From a bacterium (lineage in GTDB: Bacteria; Patescibacteriota; Saccharimonadia; UBA4664; JBBRNT01), in contig JAYUFZ010000024.1 of the NCBI GenBank assembly GCA_043767845.1, positions 1-58,795 of the forward strand: 58,795 nucleotides of DNA, read 5' to 3'. Each line of letters opens with the position of its first letter. Position 1 is the stretch's first letter. The notes under the pieces were generated by a model. It made no database searches. It had not been told where the DNA came from and saw only the letters and a list, made by a program, of their open reading frames with translations. The position numbers were made by a program, and so were the translations under genes. Shown in pieces: positions 9,516 through 19,563 of this stretch.

Positions 9516-10568
9516 ATGACAAGGCCCAACGGTATCCATGAACAAATTTCGCTTGCCGACCATTCCAGCATGCGGCTGGGTGGTAAAGCGAGCTATTTTT
9601 GTGACCTAAAAAAAGCCGAAGATGTTGGACCACTGCTTGGTTGGGCAAAAGCCATGAAGCTACCGGTACTAGTGATTGGTGGCGGTAATAATATTATCTT
9701 TCGAGATGCTGGCTTTGAGGGCTTGGTCTTGCGCAATAAGATCAAAGGCATCGAGGTTTACGGGGAAGGGAAGCATTACTTCCTGCGGGCGGGGGCAGGT
9801 GAGAGTTGGGACAGGGTGGTAGCCGAAAGCGTTAGTCTGGGGCTGACTGGTATTGAAACGCTGAGCTACATACCCGGTACCGTCGGCGCGGCCCCAATCC
9901 AGAATATTGGTGCCTATGGCCAAGAAATCGCCCAGGCCATCGAGGAAGTGACGGCCTACAATCGGGTGACTGGCCAGCAGGTAGTATTAAGTGCCGAGGA
10001 TTGCGAATTCGAATACCGTTCCAGCCGTTTCAACAGGCACGACAAAGGTACCTATATTATTCTAGAAGTTGTCTTTCGGCTGCAAAAAGGCAATCTCGAG
10101 GGTCCCTTCTACCCCGACCTTGAGCGCTATTTCGAGGCTCACCAAATAAGCGAAGCTACTCCGGCCGCGGTGCGGGCGGCGATCAAACAGATTAGGCGTG
10201 CCAAGCTACCAGATCCGGAGGCCGTGCCAAACTGCGGATCGTTTTTCTACAACCCGATACTGGGCGCCAAGGCCTTCGAGGCCCTCAAAAAGCGCCAACC
10301 TGAGTTTTTCGTAAAATTCCCCAAAAGCTTCTGGTCATTGCCGGACGGTCGGGTCAAGCTAGCAGCTGGTGCCATGATCGACTACCTTGGCTTTAAGGGT
10401 TTTCACGATAGCGACAGCGGCATGGCGGTCTGGCCGACCCAGGCCTTGGTACTATACAACGAAGCCGCCCATTCCACGACCGACTTACTACGTTTCAAGC
10501 AAAAGATTGTTGACCGGGTGAAAGGCGAGTTTGGGGTCGAGCTCATCCAAGAGCCAGAGCTGGTTTGA
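9516..10568 (+). CDS. murB: UDP-N-acetylenolpyruvoylglucosamine reductase
   Basis: GGGNN, IPGTVGAAPIQNIGAYG, YRSS.F, NCGSFF.NP, C-terminal EP. Confidence 0.96.
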   Translation: MTRPNGIHEQISLADHSSMRLGGKASYFCDLKKAEDVGPLLGWAKAMKLPVLVIGGGNNIIFRDAGFEGLVLRNKIKGIEVYGEGKHYFLRAGAGESWDRVVAESVSLGLTGIETLSYIPGTVGAAPIQNIGAYGQEIAQAIEEVTAYNRVTGQQVVLSAEDCEFEYRSSRFNRHDKGTYIILEVVFRLQKGNLEGPFYPDLERYFEAHQISEATPAAVRAAIKQIRRAKLPDPEAVPNCGSFFYNPILGAKAFEALKKRQPEFFVKFPKSFWSLPDGRVKLAAGAMIDYLGFKGFHDSDSGMAVWPTQALVLYNEAAHSTTDLLRFKQKIVDRVKGEFGVELIQEPELV

Positions 10569-10608
10569 TCTGTACAAACCCTACCATAAGGAGTATAATA
10601 GGTGTATT

Positions 10609-12735
10609 ATGGCTCGAAGTAAGAAAAAACAAAAGAAGACTAAAGAAGAACCTCGCGAGCCGAAACTAGCCCGCTCGGTTCGCAAAGAAATATTTGCTAT
10701 TATCATCGGCGTGGCCGCGGTTATACTGCTGCTGGCCGCCTTTAATTTTGGCGGCAGCTTAGCTAATACCGTATTTGGTAATTTGCGCCAAGCGCTGGGC
10801 TTCGCGGCTTACCTGAGCCCACTAGTGCTCGGCATGATAGCCTGGATGCTCTTATGGCCGAGCCGCTATGAGCTCAAAAGCAACAACCTAGTCGGTTTCA
10901 CTGGCTTCTTGCTCTCGCTAGCCGGTCTTTTGCACATCAATGTGGCTGCAGCCGACGCTATGAGTATTGCTGTCGCCGGCAAGGGAGGCGGGTACGCGGG
11001 CTATCTCATAAGCTTCACTTTGCTCAAATTCCTCAATGTAGTTGCCTCAGCGGTGATACTGAGCGCTCTACTGGTTATCTTCTTAATCACGGCGGCCAAC
11101 GCCCGGTTGGGCGAAATACTCAAGGCTATTATCGCTCGCTTCCAAAAACCAGCCGAAGTTGCTGAACTGACGATCAATGAAGCCATTCCGGAAGTAGCTG
11201 GTGGTATTCCCAAGCTACAAATCAAGGGCACGCTGGGTAATGGCAAGTCCGCGCCGAAGCCTAAGGCTGAAGAAGAGGCTCTTACGCTCAATACTGATCC
11301 GGAATGGAAGGGGCCTTTACCAGAACTTTTACAATCGACTAGTACCAAGGCCGATGCCGGTAATATTAAAGAAAACGCCGCTATTATTAAGTCGACGATG
11401 GAGAGCTTCAACATCGATGTCACCATGGGCGAGGTCAATGTCGGCCCGACCGTCACCCAATATACTTTCACTCCACCGGCTGGCGTGAAGCTCAATAAGA
11501 TTACCGGTCTCGATACCAACCTAGCCCTGAGCCTGGCCGCCCACCCGATCCGTATCGAAGCGCCAATCCCTGGCAAGAGCGCCGTGGGCGTCGAAATTCC
11601 CAACAAAACGATTGCCACCGTCCGTTTGCGCGACGTGATAACTTCGCCCGAGATTAAGGCTCAAAAAGCGCCTTTGAACTTTATTCTTGGCCGCGATGTG
11701 AGCGGTATTCCGATGTCGGCCGACCTAGCTAAGATGCCGCATATGCTGATAGCCGGTGCTACGGGTTCAGGTAAGTCGGTGATGATTAACGCACTTTTGA
11801 CCAGCTTGTTGTACAGGAACTCGCCCAACGATATGAAGCTGATTTTGGTGGACCCGAAGCGCGTCGAGCTGAGTCTATACAACGATATCCCGCACCTTTT
11901 GACGCCGGTCATAGTCGAGCCGGAGAAGTGTATCTCGGCCCTCAAGTGGGCCGTGGCCGAAATGGAACGTCGCTACAAGCTACTAGCCGAGGTGGGTAAC
12001 CGCAATATTATTGAATACAATAAGGCCCATCCCGAAGAGGCTATGCCCTACATCGTAATCGTTATCGATGAGATGGCCGACCTCATGGTCCTGGCGGCAG
12101 CCGATGTTGAAAGCCTCATCGTTCGCCTGGCCCAAATGGCCCGGGCCATTGGTATCCACCTGGTACTAGCCACCCAGCGCCCAAGCGTTGATGTTATTAC
12201 CGGTATCATCAAGGCCAATATCCCAGCTCGCCTGGCCTTTAGCGTAGCCTCGCAGATCGATTCCCGTACCATCCTCGACCAAGCCGGCGCGGAAAAGCTG
12301 CTCGGCAAGGGCGATATGCTCTTTAGCTCGCCGGACTTTATTAAACCGCGCCGTATCCAAGGTGTCTTCCTTGACGAGAAAGAAGTGAAGGCTGTAACCG
12401 ACTATCTGCGCAGTGCGCGCGCCCCACAGTACAACGAAGAGATCACTACCCAACCAGTTAAGATCGGTAGTCGCGGCGGCGGGAGTATGGACGACTTCGG
12501 TGGTGCTGACGACGACTTGTTCAACGACGCCGCCGAGACAGTTATTCGCAGCGGCAAGGCTTCGGCCAGCCTCCTGCAACGCCGCCTGCGCGTCGGCTAC
12601 GCCCGTGCCGCCCGCCTACTCGACTTACTCGAAGAGCGGGGGATTGTCGGCCCAGCCGATGGCGCCCGCCCGCGCGACGTCATGGTCTCGAGCATGTCTG
12701 AAGTCGCTTCGGGTGATGTGACTTTCGAAGATTAA
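10609..12735 (+). CDS. ftsK: DNA translocase FtsK/SpoIIIE
   Basis: N-terminal TM segments, GATGSGKS, IDEMADL, LATQRPS, gamma domain SLLQRRLRVGYARAAR; start placed at ATG 10609 after a TATAAT box. Confidence 0.97.
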   Translation: MARSKKKQKKTKEEPREPKLARSVRKEIFAIIIGVAAVILLLAAFNFGGSLANTVFGNLRQALGFAAYLSPLVLGMIAWMLLWPSRYELKSNNLVGFTGFLLSLAGLLHINVAAADAMSIAVAGKGGGYAGYLISFTLLKFLNVVASAVILSALLVIFLITAANARLGEILKAIIARFQKPAEVAELTINEAIPEVAGGIPKLQIKGTLGNGKSAPKPKAEEEALTLNTDPEWKGPLPELLQSTSTKADAGNIKENAAIIKSTMESFNIDVTMGEVNVGPTVTQYTFTPPAGVKLNKITGLDTNLALSLAAHPIRIEAPIPGKSAVGVEIPNKTIATVRLRDVITSPEIKAQKAPLNFILGRDVSGIPMSADLAKMPHMLIAGATGSGKSVMINALLTSLLYRNSPNDMKLILVDPKRVELSLYNDIPHLLTPVIVEPEKCISALKWAVAEMERRYKLLAEVGNRNIIEYNKAHPEEAMPYIVIVIDEMADLMVLAAADVESLIVRLAQMARAIGIHLVLATQRPSVDVITGIIKANIPARLAFSVASQIDSRTILDQAGAEKLLGKGDMLFSSPDFIKPRRIQGVFLDEKEVKAVTDYLRSARAPQYNEEITTQPVKIGSRGGGSMDDFGGADDDLFNDAAETVIRSGKASASLLQRRLRVGYARAARLLDLLEERGIVGPADGARPRDVMVSSMSEVASGDVTFED

Positions 12736-12812
12736 CTATTCCGATAGTGCCCAATGCCCTCTAGCCTTCTCCTCGCAGGCCAACCGGATCAGCAAAAAGC
12801 AGATTAAGACTG

Positions 12813-13904
12813 TTGCTACCAAAGATTTATTCAAATAGTCGCTTCGTTCGCCTGGCGTTCGATTGTCGCTTTATCAGATTTAAGGCTACAATAGAGCCTG
12901 TGAAACAAGAACCAGTTAACCCGTTGATCCCAGTCACCAAGGACGCCCTGGTGGGGGCTATGTTGCGCAAACGCCGCCAGTCGCTGAAGCTCAGCGTCGC
13001 CGACATCGAAATGGCTACCAAGATACGTGGTAAATTCCTGACCAGTCTGGAAACCTGCGACTATCTGGCCCTGCCCAATGACATCTACAGCCGCGGTTTC
13101 GTCCAGTGCTATGCCGACTTCCTGGGTCTCGACGGCGCCACCGTGGCTATGCAATTCCAAAACGAGCGCGGCGCCAAGCCCAAGCCTACTGCTCCCAAGA
13201 AGAAGGCTGAGGTCAAAAGCCGGCGAATGTTTATAACCCCCAGGCTGCTTTTAGCTGTCTTGTCGCTCGCCATCGCTGGTGGGATCGTAGCTTATTTGTC
13301 GTATCAATTCCAGGGATTATCAGCCGCGCCGAGGCTATCAATCATTAGCCCCAGTAGTGACTTGGTTATCGACGGCAGCCTCACCGCTATTAGCGGTTCG
13401 GTAGCCGGCGGGGCCGATGTTTTCGTGAATGACTCGCCAATTCTGGTGGACGCGGCCGGAAACTTTAGCGACAAGCTGGCTTTGCAGGACGGAGTAAATA
13501 GTATCCGTATTACGGCCAAGAACCGCTTGGGCAAGACAGCTACTATTACTCGCAGCATTCTAGCCAAGGTACCAAAGATTGAGACCACTCCTGTAGCTAC
13601 CGCTGACGCCAGCCACCCGGCCGGAACGATTGTTGGGGTGCAGGTAGTTATTAGCATCAAGGGCGCGGCCACCGCGCTGATCGTCGAAGTTGATGGCAAA
13701 GAAGAGTTTCGGGGGACAGTCGTCGACGGCGTAGTACGGACGTATAAGGGCACCTCGACGGTCAAGATTACCACCAATAATGCTGGCGCCACAAGTCTCA
13801 AAATTACCAACACCATTGCGGCCGACAAGCTCATTAGCCCAGTTGGCGCGTCTGGCGAGATCAAGCGCGGCTTGGAGTTTGCCAAGGATACGGTTATTCA
13901 GTAA
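12813..13904 (+). CDS. RodZ-like HTH membrane protein with Ig-like extracellular domain (real start probably near GTG 12900)
   Basis: HTH_25-like LRKRRQ...TKIRGKFL..LE...LP..IY.RGFV..YA.FLGL, then one TM helix; follows ftsK. Confidence 0.8.
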   Translation: MLPKIYSNSRFVRLAFDCRFIRFKATIEPVKQEPVNPLIPVTKDALVGAMLRKRRQSLKLSVADIEMATKIRGKFLTSLETCDYLALPNDIYSRGFVQCYADFLGLDGATVAMQFQNERGAKPKPTAPKKKAEVKSRRMFITPRLLLAVLSLAIAGGIVAYLSYQFQGLSAAPRLSIISPSSDLVIDGSLTAISGSVAGGADVFVNDSPILVDAAGNFSDKLALQDGVNSIRITAKNRLGKTATITRSILAKVPKIETTPVATADASHPAGTIVGVQVVISIKGAATALIVEVDGKEEFRGTVVDGVVRTYKGTSTVKITTNNAGATSLKITNTIAADKLISPVGASGEIKRGLEFAKDTVIQ

Positions 13905-13910
13905 AAAACC

Positions 13911-13983
13911 AGTTATAAAGTTCTGGATCACTTGAGCGGCAAAAACTTTATAACTTTCAACTTTATAACTTTCAACTTATACT
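13911..13983. repeat. short tandem plus inverted repeat (aactttataact) over the yajQ promoter
   Basis: agttataaagtt at 13911 is inverted to aactttataact at 13944 and 13959; partial third copy at 13974. Confidence 0.7.
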
Positions 13984-13989
13984 CTGGGT

Positions 13990-14487
13990 ATGGCAAAAGA
14001 TTCATCATTCGACATAGTCAGTGATTACGATGTAAGCGAGATGGCCAACGCCGTCGACCAGGCCCAGCGCGAGCTGGCGATTCGCTATGATTTTAAAGGC
14101 ACCTCAGCCGACCTGGAGTGGGCCGATGGCAAGAATGGCTTACTTATTAAGGGTGACTCACAAGTGCAGCTAGACGCAGTCCTGGACGTGTTGCAAGGCA
14201 AGCTAATCAAGCGGGGAGTACCACTCAGTGCAATTGACTCTAGCAAAGAGCCTGTACAGGGCGGCAAAGAAATGCGCTGGGAACTGACCTTCAAAAAAGG
14301 CCTCGACCAAGAAAAGGCCAAGAAAATCACCAAGGTCATCCGTGACAACTACCCCAAGGTCAAAGCCAGCATCCAAGGCGACGAGGTGCGCTGCTCAGCC
14401 GCCAGCCGTGACGACCTCCAGGGTGTAATCGCACTACTCAACAAGCAGGAATTCGACTTTCCTCTGAGCTTTACTAATTATCGGTAA
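13990..14487 (+). CDS. yajQ: YajQ family nucleotide/cyclic-di-GMP-binding protein
   Basis: SFDIVS, NAVDQA.REL..RYDFKG, IQGDEVR, RDDLQ, F.NYR. Confidence 0.97.
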   Translation: MAKDSSFDIVSDYDVSEMANAVDQAQRELAIRYDFKGTSADLEWADGKNGLLIKGDSQVQLDAVLDVLQGKLIKRGVPLSAIDSSKEPVQGGKEMRWELTFKKGLDQEKAKKITKVIRDNYPKVKASIQGDEVRCSAASRDDLQGVIALLNKQEFDFPLSFTNYR

Positions 14488-14492
14488 CTAAG

Positions 14493-15971
14493 ATGGGCAG
14501 AGGTGATCGCGAAGCGTTTGACCCCTCAAAGTCGGAAATACCTGGCGGTCCTATACCAGAGCATCAGCTGTGGTCTATTAAATGGGATCCAAAGAACGAT
14601 ATAACACTCGGCGTTTACGACTCGTCGCAGCAGTTTCATCGCTTTCACGACGGCGAACAGTTCTTGCAAATTGGTGGCGGTAACGACCGTATTCCTTTCA
14701 TTCGCACCAAAGAAGGTGTGAATATTCCTTTCGAGGAGTGGGCGAAGTCGGAAGCTGACAACGAGCGATCCGAAGCGCCGGTAACCCCTGAAGCCCTAAC
14801 CCAGTCCGACCATGCCTCGGATCAGATTTTTGGCAGGGTGTATGAGAAATTTTCTGGCCTTGCCAAGCTCAAGACCACTAAGCGGGAGCCAGTCATTGTT
14901 GATGGAGTACTTACCGGAGTGCAGGAGCTGCCTACTGATCCTATTGCAGATTTCGTCAAACCATACTTTGAGGGGGCAGACCGAACGAAGGTAGGATTTG
15001 CCGGGCGCAATGGGAAGCAGATTATGGAGGAGTATCAGGTTAAACTTGCCACAAACCAGTCGCAAGGAACCATCGAGAGGGGTGGGCAAGTGCTAGTAGA
15101 TGATAGTGCGCGGATCACGGATCTTATTCGAACTGGCGCAGTGGACGCGCTTACGGCCCAAACCTTTGTCGCAGCGTTGCCGTCCATCAGGAACGGATTG
15201 AGCTTTGATTACAATGCGCTTACCCTCCGCGAAAGTAAGGTGCGTAAGACTGAAGCCGAGCAGGAAGCATATAAGCAAACCATTACCAAGCTCTACGAGG
15301 GTAAGTGGGATAGGATTCACTTGCAGCCTGATGCTGGGTTCATTCATATCAACTCTGATGCGGTTGCTTCTGGGGAAGAAGAGACTGCTGAACGGTTCTA
15401 TATCTGCGGCAACCCAGATCGTAACTCGGCTGAGTTGGTAAAGGCTTGGGCCGAGACGCTTGATGAGCTAGGACTGGCCGATGAGGTCTACTATAAATTA
15501 CCAATTGCTGATATGACAAGTCGCTATGAACAGATGGTAGTCTACAAGCCCTCCGGTCCAAATGGAGCTAAAACTGATCAGGCTATTCTGCGGTTTAGTG
15601 AACGTTGCGACCCCGCCCTTTTGAGCGATGAACCAATGCCCACAGGGGTTGAGCAGGCAAAAGGAATATTTGCCGTGCCAGAACCAGCTCATTTGAATAC
15701 TGTATTGCGCTATGCCACTAGAGAAGGTGAAAATTTTGACCATATCTCCTATAACCAATTCATTGCGGCTTCCTACGAACTCGCTATGCGCCGGGCGGCG
15801 ATGGAAATCACTACTACTGGCGGTACGGCTGATACTACAAGACCGCGGGATTTGCGCGATAAGGCTGCAGGCTACTTCGCTAAGTTTATGGTTTTAAGCG
15901 GCATTGATCCGGCCACGATGAAAGCCGCGAGAGCTGTGTTAACAGGTTGGAATACTAAATGCCTAAACTAA
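14493..15971 (+). CDS. hypothetical protein with possible C-terminal HopA1-like domain
   Basis: 492-aa ORF; pattern RFYI..N...YYKL...RYEQMVVY...P.....KGI...EP...ISY resembles the HopA1-family motif order. Confidence 0.55.
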   Translation: MGRGDREAFDPSKSEIPGGPIPEHQLWSIKWDPKNDITLGVYDSSQQFHRFHDGEQFLQIGGGNDRIPFIRTKEGVNIPFEEWAKSEADNERSEAPVTPEALTQSDHASDQIFGRVYEKFSGLAKLKTTKREPVIVDGVLTGVQELPTDPIADFVKPYFEGADRTKVGFAGRNGKQIMEEYQVKLATNQSQGTIERGGQVLVDDSARITDLIRTGAVDALTAQTFVAALPSIRNGLSFDYNALTLRESKVRKTEAEQEAYKQTITKLYEGKWDRIHLQPDAGFIHINSDAVASGEEETAERFYICGNPDRNSAELVKAWAETLDELGLADEVYYKLPIADMTSRYEQMVVYKPSGPNGAKTDQAILRFSERCDPALLSDEPMPTGVEQAKGIFAVPEPAHLNTVLRYATREGENFDHISYNQFIAASYELAMRRAAMEITTTGGTADTTRPRDLRDKAAGYFAKFMVLSGIDPATMKAARAVLTGWNTKCLN

Positions 15972-16639
15972 AATTCATCTTCTTTGATGTTGGCCGGGTG
16001 TTGCTCGATCGGTTTGATGAACCGCTCCAAACCCTGGCCGAGCATTTCAGCATGAGTCTCGAGGAGGCGACGAAGATCCATTGTAGGTCTTGGACTCACC
16101 AAGACCTCAAGCAGGCTTGGGCGGCGATGCGCACCGTGGCCGATCAGCTGGAGATTGGTCGTATTGGTGCCGTCGCTTTTCTGGAGGAGGCGGGGATTGG
16201 TCCGACCGAAGCCGATATCACCTTTATTTCTAACGTCTGGAACAAGCCTACCTATCTCATTAAGCCTGACGCCATCAGTACACTCGACCTGCTTGCCAAG
16301 AAGTATCGTTTAGGCATCATCTCGAATGCCATGCCTACCCGGCGCCACCAAGAATTACTCGACCACGATCTGGTGAAATACTTTGACCCTATCGTCATCT
16401 CGGCTGAAATTGGCCTGCGTAAGCCGGAAGCTGAAATTTTTCACCACGCACTGAAGCTGGCTGGGCTTACGGCCAGGGAGTCGGCGATGATTGACGACCG
16501 GCTTGATAATATTCAGACCGCCCGTAAACTAGGCTTTGCGAGGGCTATACTTCTTGATGCGCTCGGGCTGTGGCCAGGAGAGGAGGGTCGGATCACATCG
16601 CTTTCCGAACTTCCAAGTTTATTACTTACCAATAAATAG
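15959..16639 (+). CDS. HAD-superfamily hydrolase (subfamily IA)
   Basis: FFDVGRVL motif I, IISN motif II, RKP..EIF and IDD motifs III/IV. Confidence 0.9.
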   Translation: MPKLKFIFFDVGRVLLDRFDEPLQTLAEHFSMSLEEATKIHCRSWTHQDLKQAWAAMRTVADQLEIGRIGAVAFLEEAGIGPTEADITFISNVWNKPTYLIKPDAISTLDLLAKKYRLGIISNAMPTRRHQELLDHDLVKYFDPIVISAEIGLRKPEAEIFHHALKLAGLTARESAMIDDRLDNIQTARKLGFARAILLDALGLWPGEEGRITSLSELPSLLLTNK

Positions 16640-16684
16640 GCCCCATCAAGTGATAGGGCGGTGGTGGATTGGGCAGAGTGAGGA

Positions 16685-16930
16685 TTAGTCTTCGATGAAG
16701 ATGCACGATCCGGGGCATTCATCGGCGGCCTCTTGCACATTGGCATGCTGGCTGGCGGGGACGGCGGCTTGGCCGGTGGCGCCCTGGGGGTTGCCGTGCG
16801 ACTCGGCGAATACTTTGTCGCCTTCTTTGACGAAGGAGACGATGCCATCCAGCAGAGTGAAAACAGTGGGCGCGATATCCTCGCATAGCCCGTCGCCTGT
16901 GCACAGGTCTTGGTCGATCCAGACTTTCAT
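16685..16930 (-). CDS. ferredoxin (single cluster, CxxDxxC...CP)
   Basis: MKVWIDQDLCTGDGLCEDIAP...ECPGSCIFIE; GGAGG RBS before ATG 16930. Confidence 0.93.
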   Translation of the reverse strand: MKVWIDQDLCTGDGLCEDIAPTVFTLLDGIVSFVKEGDKVFAESHGNPQGATGQAAVPASQHANVQEAADECPGSCIFIED

Positions 16931-17062
16931 GATGCCTCCACGGGTCGTTTGAACAGTCGGATTATATAGCTTTTCAAGCTGAAACCACAAATATACTTGA
17001 CGTACGGTATATGTTCGGTTAGTATCTACGTAAGCTAGAAAATAAGCAGGATACAAGATACA

Positions 17063-18181
17063 ATGTCGACAATACTAGAGGAGAAAACCAAAGTGGTGGA
17101 GAAGAAAATTACTGATTCTGGTGACGTGCCAGTTGTGAAAGCCGTAGAGAAGGTTGCGCCATCCGAGAAAGCAGAGAAGCCGGCTATGAGTGCCACCGAG
17201 AAGGCCGCTCGCTTACAGGCTGTAGATTTGGCCGTGGCGCAGATTGAAAAGCAGTTTGGTAAAGGCTCGATTATGAAGCTTGGCGAGGGGCACCGTATTG
17301 ATGTCGAAACTATTCCGACTGGCAGTCTCAGCCTTGACCTGGCTTTAGGCGGCGGTATTCCTAAGGGCCGTATTATTGAGATATACGGACCCGAATCAAG
17401 CGGTAAGACTACCCTGGCTTTACACGCCGTAGCGGAGGTCCAAAAGACAGGAGGGCTAGCTGCTTTCATCGATGCCGAGCATGCACTTGATCCCGAATAC
17501 GCTGCCCGCATTGGCATTAATCTTGATGATCTGTTGATTTCCCAACCTGACACAGGCGAGCAGGCCTTAGAAATTGTCGAGACCCTTGTCCGTTCAAATG
17601 CCGTCGACATCATTATCGTTGACTCGGTGGCCGCACTCGTACCACGCGCTGAGATCGAAGGCGACATGGGCGATTCACACATGGGTCTGCAGGCTCGTCT
17701 TATGAGCCAGGCATTACGCAAGCTCACCGGCGTTATCAATAAAAGTAAGTGCACAGTCATCTTTATCAACCAGCTGCGTATGAAGATCGGTGTCATGTTC
17801 GGCAACCCGGAGACTACTGCTGGCGGACAAGCTCTCAAGTACTACGCCTCAGTCCGTCTCGATATCCGCCGTACCGAAACTATCAAAGATGGTGACCAAT
17901 CCATGGGTAACCACGTGAAGGTCAAGGTGGTGAAGAACAAAGTTGCCGCGCCATTCAAAATCGCCGAGTTCGATATCATGTTTAATGAAGGCATCTCAAC
18001 AGCTGGCGATCTCATCGATCTCGCCGTCAAATACGGTCAAGTCGGCAAAGCAGGCTCCTGGTATGAATATAAGGGTGAGAAGATTGGCCAGGGCCGTGAA
18101 GCCGCCAAGCAATACCTCCGTGATCACAAAAACCTCATGAAAGAGCTGGACGTCGCTATCCGTAAAGCCGCCGCCGTATAG
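17063..18181 (+). CDS. recA: recombinase RecA with charged N-terminal extension
   Basis: [40 protein letters not shown]. Confidence 0.99.
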   Translation: MSTILEEKTKVVEKKITDSGDVPVVKAVEKVAPSEKAEKPAMSATEKAARLQAVDLAVAQIEKQFGKGSIMKLGEGHRIDVETIPTGSLSLDLALGGGIPKGRIIEIYGPESSGKTTLALHAVAEVQKTGGLAAFIDAEHALDPEYAARIGINLDDLLISQPDTGEQALEIVETLVRSNAVDIIIVDSVAALVPRAEIEGDMGDSHMGLQARLMSQALRKLTGVINKSKCTVIFINQLRMKIGVMFGNPETTAGGQALKYYASVRLDIRRTETIKDGDQSMGNHVKVKVVKNKVAAPFKIAEFDIMFNEGISTAGDLIDLAVKYGQVGKAGSWYEYKGEKIGQGREAAKQYLRDHKNLMKELDVAIRKAAAV

Positions 18182-18204
18182 TCGGCATTATCGATACCCA
18201 GACC

Positions 18205-18828
18205 ATGCATCTCGTCACGGCCATTAAGCAGCAGCTCAAAAAGCAGCAGTACTACTCAGTGTTTGTCGATGGTGAGTTTAGTTTCTCGCTGTCGGAGAAC
18301 CAGCTGGCCGATCGCAGGCTGCGGAAAGGTGATGAGTTAAGCGATGAGCAGATCGAGGATTACAAGGAACTCACCAACGCCAGCAAGGCCTACTCCAAGG
18401 CTCTCAATTACCTCAGTTTCCGTCCACGAAGCATTCACGAAGTCGAACAGCATCTGGAGCAAAGCGAATTTAGCGAAGCTCAGATAGCCTCAGCCACAAG
18501 CGAACTACTCAGTAGGGGATATCTGGATGATCGGGCTTTTGCCGAAAGCTGGATTCGCTCCCGTCGGGCCCTCAAATACCGCAGCCGGCGAGTACTCATC
18601 CAAGAGCTAGTCCAGAAAGGTGTCGATAAAGACCTTGTTGAGCAAGTTTTAGCCGACTCGCCTGATGAGCAGTCTGACGAAGCCACCATCATGGAGTTAA
18701 TCCAAAAAAAGCGCCTACTCGCGCGTTATCCGGTCGAACAAAAGTTGATCAGCTATCTATTGTCACAGGGTTTTGCCTACAGCAGTGTCAAGCAGGCGCT
18801 GGAAAAGATAAAAGATTCTACAGATTAG
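18205..18828 (+). CDS. recX: regulatory protein RecX
   Basis: Downstream of recA; ALNYLS.RPRS..E, GYLDD..FA, YL.SQGF. Confidence 0.93.
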   Translation: MHLVTAIKQQLKKQQYYSVFVDGEFSFSLSENQLADRRLRKGDELSDEQIEDYKELTNASKAYSKALNYLSFRPRSIHEVEQHLEQSEFSEAQIASATSELLSRGYLDDRAFAESWIRSRRALKYRSRRVLIQELVQKGVDKDLVEQVLADSPDEQSDEATIMELIQKKRLLARYPVEQKLISYLLSQGFAYSSVKQALEKIKDSTD

Positions 18829-18895
18829 CTTCGTTAGCTTTGAGAAGACGATAGGCTAGAGCAATTACTGCCAGCCACAAAATAGCGATTACCAA
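18818..18895 (-). CDS. candidate 25-aa single-TM small protein
   Basis: GGAGG-N5-TTG start; translates to (M)VIAILWLAVIALAYRLLKANEANL*. Confidence 0.35.
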   Translation of the reverse strand: MVIAILWLAVIALAYRLLKANEANL

Positions 18896-18951
18896 GACAC
18901 CCTCCGATTTACTCTAGATTAACCCAGCCGGGGTCCAAGGGCAAGTCTTCT

Positions 18952-19494
18952 TTACTCTGGCGTCGGCGATACCTTTGGCAAGGCGACTATTGATTTCGCT
19001 CCGGCTTCGACACCGGTGTCCCGGACGATAATTTGGGTGACTGTTACATCAACAATCTGGGCCCGGTCGATGGTCAAGGTGCCGCTTACCAGGCTGGTTA
19101 AAAAGGTCGGATGGATGTAGAGCTTTTGGACCATCATGGTCTGGGTATTCACTGTGTAGGTATCTATTTTGCCAAGTTTCTTGCCGGATACTGTAAAGAC
19201 CGGCAAACCAGGCAGTTTGAGATTGGTTGCTAGGTAGTCAGCTAGGCGGATGATATCGCTGGCATCACTTATTTCATCAATCGAGTCGATGATAAGGCAG
19301 TCGTGAGTGAGTTGGCGGATATCACGTAAACTTAGAATTGGCCGGCCAACGCCCGACTGCGGAACATTACACTCAAAGGCCTGTATTTCTAGGTTACCGG
19401 CACTCAAAACAATGCCAGAAATGTTACCGATAGGGGCGCCGGTTTGAAGGCTAGCGATTGGTAAATTTATTATTTGGTCGCTCAACATGTACAT
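18952..19494 (-). CDS. PRC-barrel domain protein
   Basis: Two repeats: LPIASLQTG..IG.I and LPVFT.SGKKLGKI..Y. Confidence 0.75.
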   Translation of the reverse strand: MYMLSDQIINLPIASLQTGAPIGNISGIVLSAGNLEIQAFECNVPQSGVGRPILSLRDIRQLTHDCLIIDSIDEISDASDIIRLADYLATNLKLPGLPVFTVSGKKLGKIDTYTVNTQTMMVQKLYIHPTFLTSLVSGTLTIDRAQIVDVTVTQIIVRDTGVEAGAKSIVALPKVSPTPE

Positions 19495-19563
19495 GCATGC
19501 ATTGTACCATCGGCCGCCGCTGGTGGAACAGCTGATACGCTTGTCAATCGGCCTGTTTACAGG

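Noticed and set aside
16997-17030. LexA (SOS) box in the recA promoter
   Set aside because: acggtatatgttcg matches only the right half of CGAAC-N4-GTTCG, which is not enough to call.
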